From Gammaproteobacteria bacterium (GTDB taxonomy: Bacteria > Pseudomonadota > Gammaproteobacteria > Poriferisulfidales > Oxydemutatoraceae), in contig JAPPQC010000047.1 in NCBI GenBank assembly GCA_028817225.1, positions 9,284-73,283 of the forward strand: a stretch of 64,000 nucleotides of DNA. Reading direction: 5' to 3'. The position numbers and the translations under genes were made by a program. Positions within the stretch are counted from its first letter, which is position 1. Each line of letters starts with the position of its first letter. The notes beneath the pieces were generated by a model. It did not search any database, was not told the DNA's origin, and was given only the letters and a program-made list of their open reading frames with translations. Shown one piece after another: positions 63,641-64,000 of this stretch.

Positions 63641-64000
63641 TCAGGCACGGCCTGCGGCCTCGTCGCGGAACCACTGTTGCGCGCGGCAGTGCTCGGCGAT
63701 GGAGCCGCGCAGCCGCGCCAGCAGCACGGTGATGAAATACAACTTGAACACAACCGCCATGAACAGCAGCGGCGCCAGCATGCTGATGTGCGCCGCCGGC
63801 GCGTCAAAGCGGGTTACCGTCGGCCCCTGGTGCAGCGTGCTCCACCAGATGACCGAATAATGAATGATCGGAATGTTGACGACGCCGACGATCGCCAGCA
63901 CCGCCGTCGCCCGCGCCGCCTTGCGCCGGTCGGGAATGGCCGAATACAGCGCGATGACGCCGAGATACAGAAACAGCAGGATCAACTCCGATGTCAGGCG
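63641..64000 (-). CDS. ccmC: Heme exporter protein C (CcmC), C-terminal part; the gene continues beyond the window end
   Basis: Contains WWSTLHQGPTV (the WWD region) followed by C-terminal TM helices. Confidence 0.9.
   Translation of the reverse strand, partial: RLTSELILLFLYLGVIALYSAIPDRRKAARATAVLAIVGVVNIPIIHYSVIWWSTLHQGPTVTRFDAPAAHISMLAPLLFMAVVFKLYFITVLLARLRGSIAEHCRAQQWFRDEAAGRA

Overview
This is a 64-kb high-GC (~68%) proteobacterial chromosomal segment, most likely betaproteobacterial (Rhodocyclales-like), judged from the ccm system I genes and the gene order. Most of it is densely packed core genes on the minus strand:
- a PotABCD-like ABC importer
- ispG
- metK-ahcY-rsmE
- petABC-sspAB
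- a Nif3-family gene, then hisD, a DAHP synthase gene, hisG, murA and mlaC
- a tRNA-Pro/Arg/His cluster
- ppiA-lpxH
- a glycerate kinase gene and an L,D-transpeptidase gene
- purF-cvpA-SPOR(dedD)-folC-accD-trpA-trpB-trpF-alaS
- comEC
- lolCD
- ccmIHGFEDC

Accessory or atypical content lies between the core genes:
1. Three tandem, lower-GC (~50%) GT4-type glycosyltransferase paralogs are wrapped around ispG. Their 3' portions are 100% identical at the DNA level.
2. A single 12.8-kb gene encodes a 4267-aa secreted surface protein with Calx-beta and TSP3-like repeats. It ends in a GlyGly-CTERM/PEP-CTERM-class sorting tail and sits between an orphan mlaC and the tRNA cluster.
3. Two sugar-modification genes are inserted into the otherwise conserved accD-folC-dedD-cvpA-purF block. 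One is a DegT-family aminotransferase. The other is a POFUT1-like (GDP-fucose protein O-fucosyltransferase-like) gene whose start overlaps the folC stop.
4. A lower-GC hypothetical gene and a DUF2062 gene lie between comEC and lolD.
5. At least five intergenic junctions carry imperfect tandem duplications of 50-85 bp that copy the adjacent gene ends.

No CRISPR array, integrase, transposase or obvious defence system is visible. The most plausible novel module here is a dispersed glycosylation toolkit, possibly linked to the giant adhesin. This link is inference only.
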